From the NCBI GenBank assembly GCA_963755715.1, contig CAVWLW010000064.1:64001-128000 (forward strand): a stretch of DNA of 64,000 nucleotides. Direction: 5' to 3'. The notes below the pieces were generated by a model, which was not told where the DNA came from, did not search any database, and saw only the letters and a program-made list of their open reading frames with translations. Position numbers and translations under genes: made by a program. The DNA comes from an uncultured delta proteobacterium. GTDB taxonomy: Bacteria; Desulfobacterota; Binatia; UBA9968. Positions 29,437-38,104 of this stretch are shown one piece after another (the stretch's first letter is position 1; each line of letters opens with the position of its first letter).

Positions 29437-30426
29437 TCAGCGTCCCACCGTGCGAAACCAGCCGCTCTGTTCGAGCTCTTTCAACAGACTGTTGTCGATA
29501 AACTCGCCGGCTTTGGCTTCGCGCGCTTCCTTGCCGGGAGTGCGCTTGAGAATTTCGTCGACGCCCTCGGCACGGACGTAGGGAATCCGATCGCCGCTAT
29601 AGCGCACGCCGTAGGTTTGATGCAGCTGCGCCAGCGTCTCGGTGTCCGTCACCTTGGTATATTTCGACAGCACCTTCATGCTGAACTCTTTGTCCGTGCG
29701 CAACCGGTTCAAGCCCTGGGTAAAGCCGCGGAGAAACCGCAGCGTCGTGTCGCGGTTCGATTTGATGAAAGTTTTGGTCGTCGACAACGGCGTGTTCGGA
29801 AAAATAATGCCCAACTGGCCGACATCGACCAACTCGTGCATACCCGCTTTCACCGCGCGAAAGTTGCTCGGCGGCGACAACACGACGGCATCGAGCGCGC
29901 CGGCTATCAACGCCGCTAGACCTTCCGGCATACCGCCGGTCTGAATCACGATCAGATCGCGCCCGCGCTCCAAGTTCCATTGCTTCAGCGCCGCGTCCAA
30001 CGCCCAGTCCGTCGAGCCGCCGAGCCGCGTGACACCGACTTTTTTGCCCTTGAGCTGCGCCGGTTGTTTGATCTCCGGCCGCGACATAATGGAAAACACT
30101 AAAGCGTTGCCGGTGTTGCCGATCAAAACTAGATCCGAGCCGCGTAGCGAAGCGTTGATCACCGGCACCGACGGCCCATAGGCAAACGGCACCTCGCCGC
30201 TGAGCATCGATTGAATCAAAAGCGAGCCGCCGCCGATGTAAAGCAGCTCGGTATCAAGCCCTTCGCGCTTGAAGTAACCGCCTTCCTGGGCGACCCACAG
30301 CGACGACATGGCGCCGCTGATCGCGCTGTAGGCAATGCGCAACGGCGCCGCGCTCGCGCTGCCGAAACCTAGTTGAATGACGAATAGCGCTGCCGAAAAC
30401 AGCTTGAGAATCTTGCCAAATCGCAT
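29437..30426 (-). CDS. NMT1/THI5-like ABC substrate-binding protein
   Basis: Signal peptide; close paralog of 23684..24664 (LLYIGGG, IQTGGMP, SPPxN). Confidence 0.9.
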   Translation of the reverse strand: MRFGKILKLFSAALFVIQLGFGSASAAPLRIAYSAISGAMSSLWVAQEGGYFKREGLDTELLYIGGGSLLIQSMLSGEVPFAYGPSVPVINASLRGSDLVLIGNTGNALVFSIMSRPEIKQPAQLKGKKVGVTRLGGSTDWALDAALKQWNLERGRDLIVIQTGGMPEGLAALIAGALDAVVLSPPSNFRAVKAGMHELVDVGQLGIIFPNTPLSTTKTFIKSNRDTTLRFLRGFTQGLNRLRTDKEFSMKVLSKYTKVTDTETLAQLHQTYGVRYSGDRIPYVRAEGVDEILKRTPGKEAREAKAGEFIDNSLLKELEQSGWFRTVGR

Positions 30427-30427
30427 G

Positions 30428-31639
30428 TTAGTTTATTTCCTTCGCGCGCACACCGGTGAACGAATCGATCTCGACCATCTCATGCGCCTGCTCGCGTCTC
30501 AGCGCACCCTTGGGAGCGCGCTTTTCCTGCACCGCTCGAATCGCATTGAGAATGATCCTGCGGATCAGAATCACGCCTTTATCCGATGTCCCAAGCTGCT
30601 CCTTGCGCCGATCGAGCAGCGGCTGCGTTGATTGGCAAGTGATATCTTCCGTGCGCACGTTGCCCCGAAAAGGAGAATACTTGCGCCGGTCGTAGGGTTT
30701 TTTTTCTGCCTTGGCTTCCACTTTGCGGCTCGGCGCCAATTTTTGAAAAAACTCCGGGTCGGAGCCGGTGTAATGGTTCACGGTAAAAAGCGTGAAACTA
30801 TGATCGTCGTTCGGCGTGACGAACATAAAATGCGCGTTGTGCGATCCTGCGCTCAGAGCCTCGCGCGGCTGGCTGAAGTGAGTGAACTCGGTATCGCCGA
30901 TTTGCAAGATGCTCGGCAACGCAAAGCTCTTTTCATCGACATACTCGGTATCCGCGCTCGGTCCCGGTTTGCGCGACACGACCTTCATGCCGTAGGCGGT
31001 CTCGATCGCGTCGAAATACGGAATGTCTTTGAAATTAAAAAACCAACTGCGCCATGTGCCGTCGTCGGGATCGGCTCGGTGGAGAATCGAAAAGTGCGCC
31101 GGGTCGGCGCCGTTCTCGATGAAATTGAACCAGTTGTAATCATAGACGCGCGTCGCTTCCAACGATCGTTGTCCGGCGCAATCCGCAAGCGCTGCGTACT
31201 TCGGCAGCGGTGGCGGATCGTCCGGGTTCGGTCCCAGGTAGGCGAACAGCAAGCCGCCCTGTTCCCGCACCGGATAAGATAAATGCTTTACCTTCTGGGC
31301 AAACTTGCTGCCCTGCGGTTCCGCCGGCATTTCTAGGCACTGACCGCGCACGTCGAACAGCCAACCATGATAAGGACAGCGAATGCCGCCGCATTCGATG
31401 TCACCATATTCTAACGACGCGCCGCGGTGCGGGCAGTGCGCGCCGATCAAGCCGATAATTCCTGTTTGATCGCGAAACAACACCAGATCTTCGCCCAGTA
31501 TTTTGATCGCCTTGGGGATGTCATGAAGATCGCGCACTGCGCTGACCACAATCCAATAGCGGCGAAACCATTCGCCCGCCGGCGTGCCTCGGCCGACGTG
31601 CGGAATATCGGCAACGGTGATCTTTTTCGATCGCTTCAT
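30428..31639 (-). CDS. Rieske non-heme iron oxygenase alpha subunit (paralog of 25749..26988)
   Basis: CPHR..CPYHGW; ENGADPAHFSILH; EDITCQ. Confidence 0.92.
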   Translation of the reverse strand: MKRSKKITVADIPHVGRGTPAGEWFRRYWIVVSAVRDLHDIPKAIKILGEDLVLFRDQTGIIGLIGAHCPHRGASLEYGDIECGGIRCPYHGWLFDVRGQCLEMPAEPQGSKFAQKVKHLSYPVREQGGLLFAYLGPNPDDPPPLPKYAALADCAGQRSLEATRVYDYNWFNFIENGADPAHFSILHRADPDDGTWRSWFFNFKDIPYFDAIETAYGMKVVSRKPGPSADTEYVDEKSFALPSILQIGDTEFTHFSQPREALSAGSHNAHFMFVTPNDDHSFTLFTVNHYTGSDPEFFQKLAPSRKVEAKAEKKPYDRRKYSPFRGNVRTEDITCQSTQPLLDRRKEQLGTSDKGVILIRRIILNAIRAVQEKRAPKGALRREQAHEMVEIDSFTGVRAKEIN

Positions 31640-31781
31640 CCAAATCAGATTAGCGGAAAGTCAACGAGAAAACCAAAAGCGATGAAAGCGTTCTAACTTG
31701 CCGCGAATTGCGGCGACGGAAAGACAAGGAACTTCTGAGCACATTTGGATATTGCACGGTTTTTGCCTATTCAATTGGTTC

Positions 31782-31988
31782 ATGGGCCAATCGATCACCT
31801 GCGCCGAGGCGCTCATCGAGATATTAAACTTGTGTGAACAGACACTTACGGCCCTTGGTCGGCACGAAGAGGGTCTGATATCTGCCCCGCCGGCGGACAA
31901 ATATCGCCATCCCGGTCGTCACAAGAGCGCAAATGTTGTCCGTCGATTTGTCTTGATCCAGGGCGGGCTCACCAATGAATCGCGCTAG
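31782..31988 (+). CDS. Small hypothetical protein
   Basis: MGQSITCAEALIEILNLCEQ..RRFVLIQGGL fills an intergenic gap; no family recognised. Confidence 0.35.
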   Translation: MGQSITCAEALIEILNLCEQTLTALGRHEEGLISAPPADKYRHPGRHKSANVVRRFVLIQGGLTNESR

Positions 31989-31999
31989 CCACCAGCAAG

Positions 32000-33040
32000 T
32001 TATTTAAACTCCGGCATCACTTTCTCCGCGAAAAGACGAATATTTTTGAGCGCCAATTCCTGCGGCATGCCGCCGAAGTGAAAGGTGCCCGAGATAGTCG
32101 TTAGACCGGTCTCGTCGCGCCATTTGCGAATCGTATCGGCGACTCGCTTGGGATCTCCCGCCAGCACAAAGCCGTGCTCCAATTGAGTTCTGGCATCGCG
32201 TTGCGTCAGCAGCCCTTGCTCCTGGCGTTCGAGATCAGCCGCCTTGTGCACGTCGAAATAATTGATGAGATAGGGCTCCGCTTCGCGAATGGCGGCTTCT
32301 AAACTGTCCGCCACGTAAATATGAAACTTGCCGAGAATGTCGGTTTTGCCGCCGTTATGACCCGCCGCGGTCAAGGCGTTTCGGTAGCTCTTGATGAATC
32401 CGGGTAGTATTCCCGGTTCGCGATAGAGATAAGGCAGCGTCATCAGGTGAAAGCCGTGCTCGCCGGCCCAGCGAAAGCTATCTTCGCTGCGCGCGCATCC
32501 GACCCAAAAATTGGGATGCGGCCGCTGCACCGGTTTCGGAAACACCGGCACGTTTTGATAGTTGTAAAACTCGCCCTTAAAACTGACCGGCTTGTCCGAC
32601 CATGCTTGCAGCATCACTTCGACGCCTTCATACATGCGCTGGGTGGCTTCCTTTTGATCGACGCCGAACTTTTTGTACTCATGAGATTCGCTGCCTTTGC
32701 CCACGCCGAAATCCAACCGGCCGTTGGAAATGACGTCGACCATCGCATAGGACTCGGCCACCTCGATCGGGTTGTGCAGCGGCAAAACATTGATGGCAAC
32801 ACCCAGGCGAATCCGCTTCGTCGTGCGCGCGATGGCCGACATGAAAGTCGGCGGATGCGGCAGATCGCCGCCGTAGTGAGCGAAATGATGTTCGGTTACC
32901 CAGACGTGATCGTAGCCAAGCCGATCCATTTCTTCCATCTGACCGAACATCTTTTGATAGAATTCCGTAACCGACCCGTCCAAGTCGGCGACGTAGGTCG
33001 GCAGATAATGCGCGCCGAATTTCATGCTTTTGCTAGCCAT
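32000..33040 (-). CDS. Luciferase-like (LLM class) flavin-dependent oxidoreductase
   Basis: VWVTEHHF, TKRIRLG, VDVISNGRLDFGVGKG, PKPVQRPHP and FAEKVMP. Confidence 0.92.
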   Translation of the reverse strand: MASKSMKFGAHYLPTYVADLDGSVTEFYQKMFGQMEEMDRLGYDHVWVTEHHFAHYGGDLPHPPTFMSAIARTTKRIRLGVAINVLPLHNPIEVAESYAMVDVISNGRLDFGVGKGSESHEYKKFGVDQKEATQRMYEGVEVMLQAWSDKPVSFKGEFYNYQNVPVFPKPVQRPHPNFWVGCARSEDSFRWAGEHGFHLMTLPYLYREPGILPGFIKSYRNALTAAGHNGGKTDILGKFHIYVADSLEAAIREAEPYLINYFDVHKAADLERQEQGLLTQRDARTQLEHGFVLAGDPKRVADTIRKWRDETGLTTISGTFHFGGMPQELALKNIRLFAEKVMPEFK

Positions 33041-33073
33041 CAAGCTTCACAACCTCCAAATTTTATCCAACCA

Positions 33074-33102
33074 GATATAAGTTGGCACCGCGTGGGAGTC
33101 AA
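33074..33102 (-). promoter_or_regulatory. Sigma70-like promoter of the LLM gene
   Basis: TTGACT-N17-TATATC on the reverse strand, about 35 nt before the start. Confidence 0.45.
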
Positions 33103-33122
33103 CGCCGGGGTAAAAATGGCAA

Positions 33123-33147
33123 GGGCGTGATGAAATCACGCCTCTAC
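33123..33147 (-). repeat. GTAG-type REP element
   Basis: Reverse strand GTAG-AGGCGTGAT-TTC-ATCACGCCC: GTAG tetranucleotide followed by a palindrome. Confidence 0.65.
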
Positions 33148-33307
33148 TGTGAATTTGAAATGCCTCGACCCGCTACTTGCATGACTAGAAAAAATGCCAG
33201 AGTAGAAACTTTCGACATTCCATCACCGCGGACCGGGTCGTAAAAGAGTTATTCTCACCGATAGTCGGCAATGGGAGTTGGCTGCCGCACAACTCCTCCC
33301 AAATGGT

Positions 33308-34648
33308 TTATCCGCCCATTGCCACCGGTGGCGAGAATACCGTCGGTCCTTTGACCTCGGACTCGAGGGCTTTGAGCGCGGTTTGAATGATTTCACGGCG
33401 CAGGCGCGCGTCAAGTTCTTTGGATAAATTCGGATCGCCGCACGGATGCGGAATGCTCACGCCTTTGACGATGCGGTTGGCGCGCACCTGCTGCGCCACG
33501 GGAAACATCGCGCTGATCAACGCTACCGGTAAACCCGCCTTTTCAAGTTCTTTGCTCATCACAGCGCCGCTGCGACTGCACGTCCCTCACGTGGCGACAA
33601 ACAGGACTCCTTCGACGTTGTCTTTTTTTAAGTCCGCGGCGATTTCCTGACCGATGCGGCGCATCACCGTCGGCGAACCTTGGTTTCCGGGAATAACGTA
33701 ATAAGCCGGATAAAGTTTTCCCGGACCGATCGCGCCCTCGGCTTCCAGCGCGCGCAGCGCGTCGAGCGGCACGCCGTAGTGGGGATTCTGATTCATGTAC
33801 GCCACGTTGTAGCCGCCGTGCACCGCTTCCCATTTTCCCGGCTCGAGCTCTTTGAGCTCGGCGATATTGTATTTGCGCCAGTAGGTATTGCGATAAGTTT
33901 TGAACTTATCCGGATTGCCCCACGGCACCACCCCGCTGGTTGTCACTACGGCGATGTTGCGATCTTTTACTTGATCGAGTGGCGGCGCCGGCGGCGCGTC
34001 GTCCCACACTTCCATCGGCAGCTCGCTCTCGAACGGCTGGTTATTTATTTTCTTGAGCAGCATTTCGACCGCGCGCGTGGCGCCGCGGCGGTCGGTTTTC
34101 TCAATCCGTCGAATGCCGCGCCCGATGTAACCTTCTTTGGCCGCGGAACCGATCTCTTCACCGCGCGCTAGCCGGATCGCAAGGCGCGCCAAGCGCGTCA
34201 GCGCGTCGTTCATCCCCGTCGTCGCTTCCGCCGTCGGCAGGCAATAAACCCGCGCATTGACAAATTCGCGATAAGTGCCGACGCCCGGGTTCTCCTCGTG
34301 CATTGCGGTTAAGCAGGGAATTTGCAGCGCGTTGGCTACCGCATTGCAAATCTCGACGCAGGACAATCCGTAGCGGCCGGAGTTGAACGCCGGTCCCGCC
34401 ACCAAAACGTTGGGCTCCGCCGCGCGCACGGCGTCGAGAATCGCTTTGAGCGCTTCTTCTTTGTGCTCATGAAAGTAGTTATCGCCGACATACACCGTGC
34501 AAGCGATCTTGCCCTCGTCGCCGAGCTTTGGCTCCAAGCCGCGCGCCGCGCCGGCGCTGCCTTCGATCACGCCCACGGGCAAGCCCGCTTTTTCCTCGCC
34601 GCCGAGGCCGGCAAAAAATTGATTGACGACGTGAACGATTTTAATCAT
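33308..34648 (-). CDS. grdB: Glycine/sarcosine/betaine reductase family selenoprotein B (Sec at codon 354)
   Basis: VHVVNQFFAGLGGEEKA, VGDNYF, AGPAFNSGRYG, VTTSGVVPWGNPD and HGGY; in-frame TGA 33587-33589 gives VAT-U-GTCSRSGA, continuing in frame into KELEKAGLP..IPHPCGDP. Confidence 0.93.
33559..33575 (-). promoter_or_regulatory. Putative bacterial SECIS stem-loop
   Basis: UCGCAGC-GGC-GCUGUGA hairpin with G in the loop, starting after an 11-nt spacer 3' of the UGA. Confidence 0.7.
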
Positions 34649-34676
34649 GGCAACCGTCTCCTTAATATCTAGAAGA

Positions 34677-34786
34677 GTTCAAAACGTTCAACCGTTTGGA
34701 GCGGACCGCATGGTTCGACGGGCTCACCACGAACGGCATATTTTTCCGCTCATCCTGAGACGGTCGAAGGATTGAACGACTGGAAC
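34677..34786. repeat. Nested palindromic repeat between grdE-like and grdB
   Basis: Outer GTTCAAAACGTTCAA/TTGAACGACTGGAAC; inner TTCGACGGGCTCACCACGAACGG/CCGCTCATCCTGAGACGGTCGAA. Confidence 0.65.
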
Positions 34787-34788
34787 AA

Positions 34789-36096
34789 TTAGTATTCCGC
34801 GCATCTAAATTCCCCTTGTCCCCAAATATCCGCCCCGCCCATCATGACATCACGCGCCTCCAATGACAAAGCGCCGCGTGCCGGCACCAGAGCCGCGCCG
34901 GGAAAAGGAAAAATTTTGATCTGTTCGTACGGACCGATGACTTTGTCCATTGCCGGCAGCTCGACGACTTTATCGAGGCTGCCCGTGCTCACTATCGCAT
35001 TCGCTTCGGCAATGTAAAACAGCACAGGACTGTCTTTGCCTTCCTTACCGCCATTCTCATAAGTGACCAAGGTGGTCTTAATGCCGTTTTGCTCACACGC
35101 GCGCACCGTGAGCATGACGTCGACGAAGGCGTTGCCGCCGCCGATCCAGGTCACCAGCGCGCCATCGGCGCCCATCGCTTTGGCCAGACGCGCGGCGTTC
35201 TGCGCGCCGACTTCTTTGCCGTGGCTGGTCTCAAAGCGAATGCGCTGCAAGACCACGCCGCCGAAGTTCAAGCTTTTGCCGTGCGCCGCGTACAACTCCA
35301 AAACCAAAGGATGGTTCTGCCAATCCCAGGTCGTCGGGTAATAGCCGCGCCCCGAGCGCGTCGTGTCCACCGTCACCGCGCCGTCAAAAAGCTCGTTGGG
35401 ATGAACAAACGTGGACATGGAATTACGCAACGAGAGCCCGTAATAACCCACGCCCGAATGCACGTGCTGCGGGTCGGTGATGCAGCCTTGCACCAGCATC
35501 ACATTCGGCAGCGCCGGATCTTTCTTGCTCAAATCATAAGTGGCGATCTCTACCGGCGAAAGTTCCGCCGTGACTTGGCCAAGCCGCTGGGCAACTTTAT
35601 ATTCGGCCGATTGAATTGCCCCGTGCGCATCCAACTCGCCCAAGCCCGGCGCGATCCTGAAGCTCAAAATCAGATGTCGGCACGAGCTAAACCGGGAAAT
35701 CTCCGCGCCCGGCCCGGACATATCGAGGATGGCGTTTCTTTGCACCGTCGTGCCGGCACGGATCGTGCCTTCGTACTCCGCCGCCGCGATGACGGTCATG
35801 CCGGACAGCCGATGAGTTCGGCCATCGCCGACGTTTTCGACGGCGCCTAAAACACCGGGGAAAACCTGGCCACTGCCCGCCACTTTAAAGCGCGGCTCGA
35901 CCATATCGCGTATGCCGGTGATGCGCGTCTTTTCGCCGGGCACAGCCACGGCCAGCGTTGCATCCGTGATCCGCGTATCTTCGAGGACGAGAGCGATCAG
36001 TTCGCCCTCGTCGACCTCGAGGATTTCGCTTTCGTATTTGAAACGACTCCCCAAGCGAATCTGCTTTACCGGAAATTCTGCGAGTTCGAGTTTCAA
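34789..36096 (-). CDS. Glycine/sarcosine/betaine reductase component B proprotein (GrdE/GrdI-like), lacks pyruvoyl Cys
   Basis: MKLEL, DMVEPRFKV, FPG, GDGRTH, DMSGPGA, PNELFDGA, NHP..ELY..HGK.LNF.GV, GGGN and LPAMDKVIG align with GrdE as recalled. Confidence 0.88.
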   Translation of the reverse strand: MKLELAEFPVKQIRLGSRFKYESEILEVDEGELIALVLEDTRITDATLAVAVPGEKTRITGIRDMVEPRFKVAGSGQVFPGVLGAVENVGDGRTHRLSGMTVIAAAEYEGTIRAGTTVQRNAILDMSGPGAEISRFSSCRHLILSFRIAPGLGELDAHGAIQSAEYKVAQRLGQVTAELSPVEIATYDLSKKDPALPNVMLVQGCITDPQHVHSGVGYYGLSLRNSMSTFVHPNELFDGAVTVDTTRSGRGYYPTTWDWQNHPLVLELYAAHGKSLNFGGVVLQRIRFETSHGKEVGAQNAARLAKAMGADGALVTWIGGGNAFVDVMLTVRACEQNGIKTTLVTYENGGKEGKDSPVLFYIAEANAIVSTGSLDKVVELPAMDKVIGPYEQIKIFPFPGAALVPARGALSLEARDVMMGGADIWGQGEFRCAEY

Positions 36097-36207
36097 CGTC
36101 TTCTCTTCAACGGTTTGAACGTTTGGAACGTTTAAATTCTTCTATGCCGCAAAACTACACCTATCCCGAAATATTCCAATCCCAGCGCTGTGATCGCATA
36201 AATTGGC

Positions 36208-37314
36208 TCACGGCGCCCCCATGATTTTGCGAAAGTCCTGAATATAGTTTTGCAGATTGGCGCCAAGCTTGGGACTCACGACGAAGTCCGGTTTGACTTG
36301 AAAATCTTTAAACTTGCTGCGCACACCTTTCATCGCGCTGCCTTTGCCCAAACTCGTTGCCAAAAAAGACTGCGCTTCATCGGAGAGAACCCATTCGACG
36401 AACAGCAGCGCAGCGTGCGGGTGAGGCGCGTTCTTCGCCAAAAACAGGCCCTCGGGTTTGACGATCGTCGGCGCAAGAACTTTAAATCCCAGGGGCGCCC
36501 CTTTTTCGCGAATCGCCGCCGAAGTCTCGCCGTTGATCGCGATGCCGACGGGATATTCGCCCGAAGTCACCACCTGTGTCGTCAAGGTGCCGCCGCGCCG
36601 ATAGCTCAAATCTTGCTTGGCTAACTTCGTCAAATAAGCGACTGCTTTTTCTCGCCCCCAGCTCTCTTCCATCGCTGCCAGAATATATCCCGCTTCCGGA
36701 TCGAAAAGCATTTTACCTTTCCATGCGGGGCTAAGCAGTTCGTCGTAGCTCTTCGGAGCCTGTTCCGCCTTGATGGAGTTGGTGTTGTAAATCAAGGCTG
36801 TGGTCAAATAGTACATGCTGTGCCAGTAGCCGTCGGGATCGTAGGTGCCGTCATAAAAACGCTTCGCGCCGGCGATCGGTTGCGGCTGCACGAGATTGGC
36901 GTTCAACAACTGATAGCCGTAACTCAGATCCACTTGAATCACGTCGGCCGCATGGCGCCCGGCCCGCGCTTCGGTCAACGTGCGGCTGAGAATGCCGTCG
37001 CGCGGCGAAAAATAATGCTGCAGTGCGATAGACCGGTAGCGCCCGTTAAAAACCCGCGCCAGCGGCAGAAACTCGTCGATCGGCAGCGTGCCGTAGTAGA
37101 CGAGCTCTCCTTCCGCCTGCGCGCCCTTGAGTAAATAACTGGTTCTTTCCTGCGGCTTGAGCGATCTTATCTTTACTGCAACTTCAGCGATCGTCGCCGC
37201 ATAGAGCGTAACCGTGGCATTCGCGCAGCTAATGAGGATCGCAAAAACCAAGCTGGCTTTAGCGACTGCGGCTTGATGGCGCCTTAGCCGATGAACTTTG
37301 CCGATGAGTTTCAT
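36208..37314 (-). CDS. ABC extracellular solute-binding protein (Fe3+/AfuA-like, cluster D)
   Basis: GAQAEGELVYY, EARAG, YNT, PKSYDELL.P.WKGK and APHPHAA.LF..W.LS. Confidence 0.85.
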   Translation of the reverse strand: MKLIGKVHRLRRHQAAVAKASLVFAILISCANATVTLYAATIAEVAVKIRSLKPQERTSYLLKGAQAEGELVYYGTLPIDEFLPLARVFNGRYRSIALQHYFSPRDGILSRTLTEARAGRHAADVIQVDLSYGYQLLNANLVQPQPIAGAKRFYDGTYDPDGYWHSMYYLTTALIYNTNSIKAEQAPKSYDELLSPAWKGKMLFDPEAGYILAAMEESWGREKAVAYLTKLAKQDLSYRRGGTLTTQVVTSGEYPVGIAINGETSAAIREKGAPLGFKVLAPTIVKPEGLFLAKNAPHPHAALLFVEWVLSDEAQSFLATSLGKGSAMKGVRSKFKDFQVKPDFVVSPKLGANLQNYIQDFRKIMGAP

Positions 37315-37613
37315 ATCAGTTTCGTTTAGCAAAACGTTGAAGCGATCGTCAATGACGATGATCGGTCATGAAAAATGTTCACGCAACCACCCGAGTCTGA
37401 TTCAGCTAGAGCACTCGATAACCCAAGCGGCGATCCACGATCGTAAATCGGCCAAATTTGTCTGGCGCTGTACGAGATCAGCATACGACATATTGCGTAT
37501 TCTTGGCTCATTGACACCGTCGTAGTTTTTTCTTATTGACATGGCTAGCCGGCATAATAAATTTTTCTTGTAGGGCTCGTTAAAATCGCTTTAAAGGGAG
37601 GAGGTGATACTAG

Positions 37614-37886
37614 ATGAAATTACAGAGGACGATGGGAATAGTTCTTCTGGCTTTGACGTTGGCCCCGGCCTACGTTGCCGTAGCTGCAGAGGATATGGAA
37701 TTGAAAGCGACGGTGGTGACCAAGGGCGAGAAAGACATCAAGGTTAAGACCAAGGATGATGAAAAAACCATCCTGGTCGGCAGCAAGACGAAGGGCCTTG
37801 AGAACGCCAAAGAGGGCTCCAAGGTGACGATTAAGTACACCGAGAAAGACGGACAGATGAGAGCCAGTGAGATTAATCCGCGCTAG
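37614..37886 (+). CDS. Small secreted OB-fold-like protein
   Basis: Strong RBS GGAGGAGG; signal peptide; GSKVTIKYTEKDG..A.EI; own terminator. Confidence 0.75.
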   Translation: MKLQRTMGIVLLALTLAPAYVAVAAEDMELKATVVTKGEKDIKVKTKDDEKTILVGSKTKGLENAKEGSKVTIKYTEKDGQMRASEINPR

Positions 37887-37904
37887 CAGATAGCTCGGCG
37901 GCAG

Positions 37905-37940
37905 AAAAAAGGCGGGGTCGTAACGACCTCGCCTTTTTTT
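37905..37940. terminator. Bidirectional intrinsic terminator
   Basis: AAAAAA-GGCGGGGTCG-TAA-CGACCTCGCC-TTTTTTT. Confidence 0.85.
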
Positions 37941-37999
37941 AATTTATGGCGATGAAATAAATTAATCGTTGCCAAGCCCAATTTTCCACCGCCTCGTTG

Positions 38000-38100
38000 A
38001 CTCGACCCATGCCGCAGACCGATGGGTTCTCTGCTCAAGCGTACGCGGCCCAAAAACGATCCGGCTCAGATTGGCAGCGGGTTAGCTGGGACGAGGCGCA
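38000..38100 (+). pseudogene. Remnant of a DMSO-reductase-family (Mo-bisPGD) oxidoreductase N-terminus
   Basis: LLKRTRPKNDPA/DWQRVSWDEA across a frameshift resembles the PxKRTxPKxDxDPGWxRISWDEAL motif. Confidence 0.55.
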
Positions 38101-38104
38101 ACAG

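Noticed and set aside
31749-31766. Sigma54 promoter TTGCACGGTTTTTGC before the small ORF
   Set aside because: Lacks the invariant GG at -24
33308-33589. grdB as a nonsense pseudogene or two separate genes
   Set aside because: The TGA falls exactly at the family's Sec position in UxxC, the frame is preserved and a SECIS-like hairpin follows
37330-37491. Possible UbiD relic (ADLRSWIAA; IIVIDD) upstream of the Fe-type SBP
   Set aside because: Matches are too short to distinguish from chance without a search
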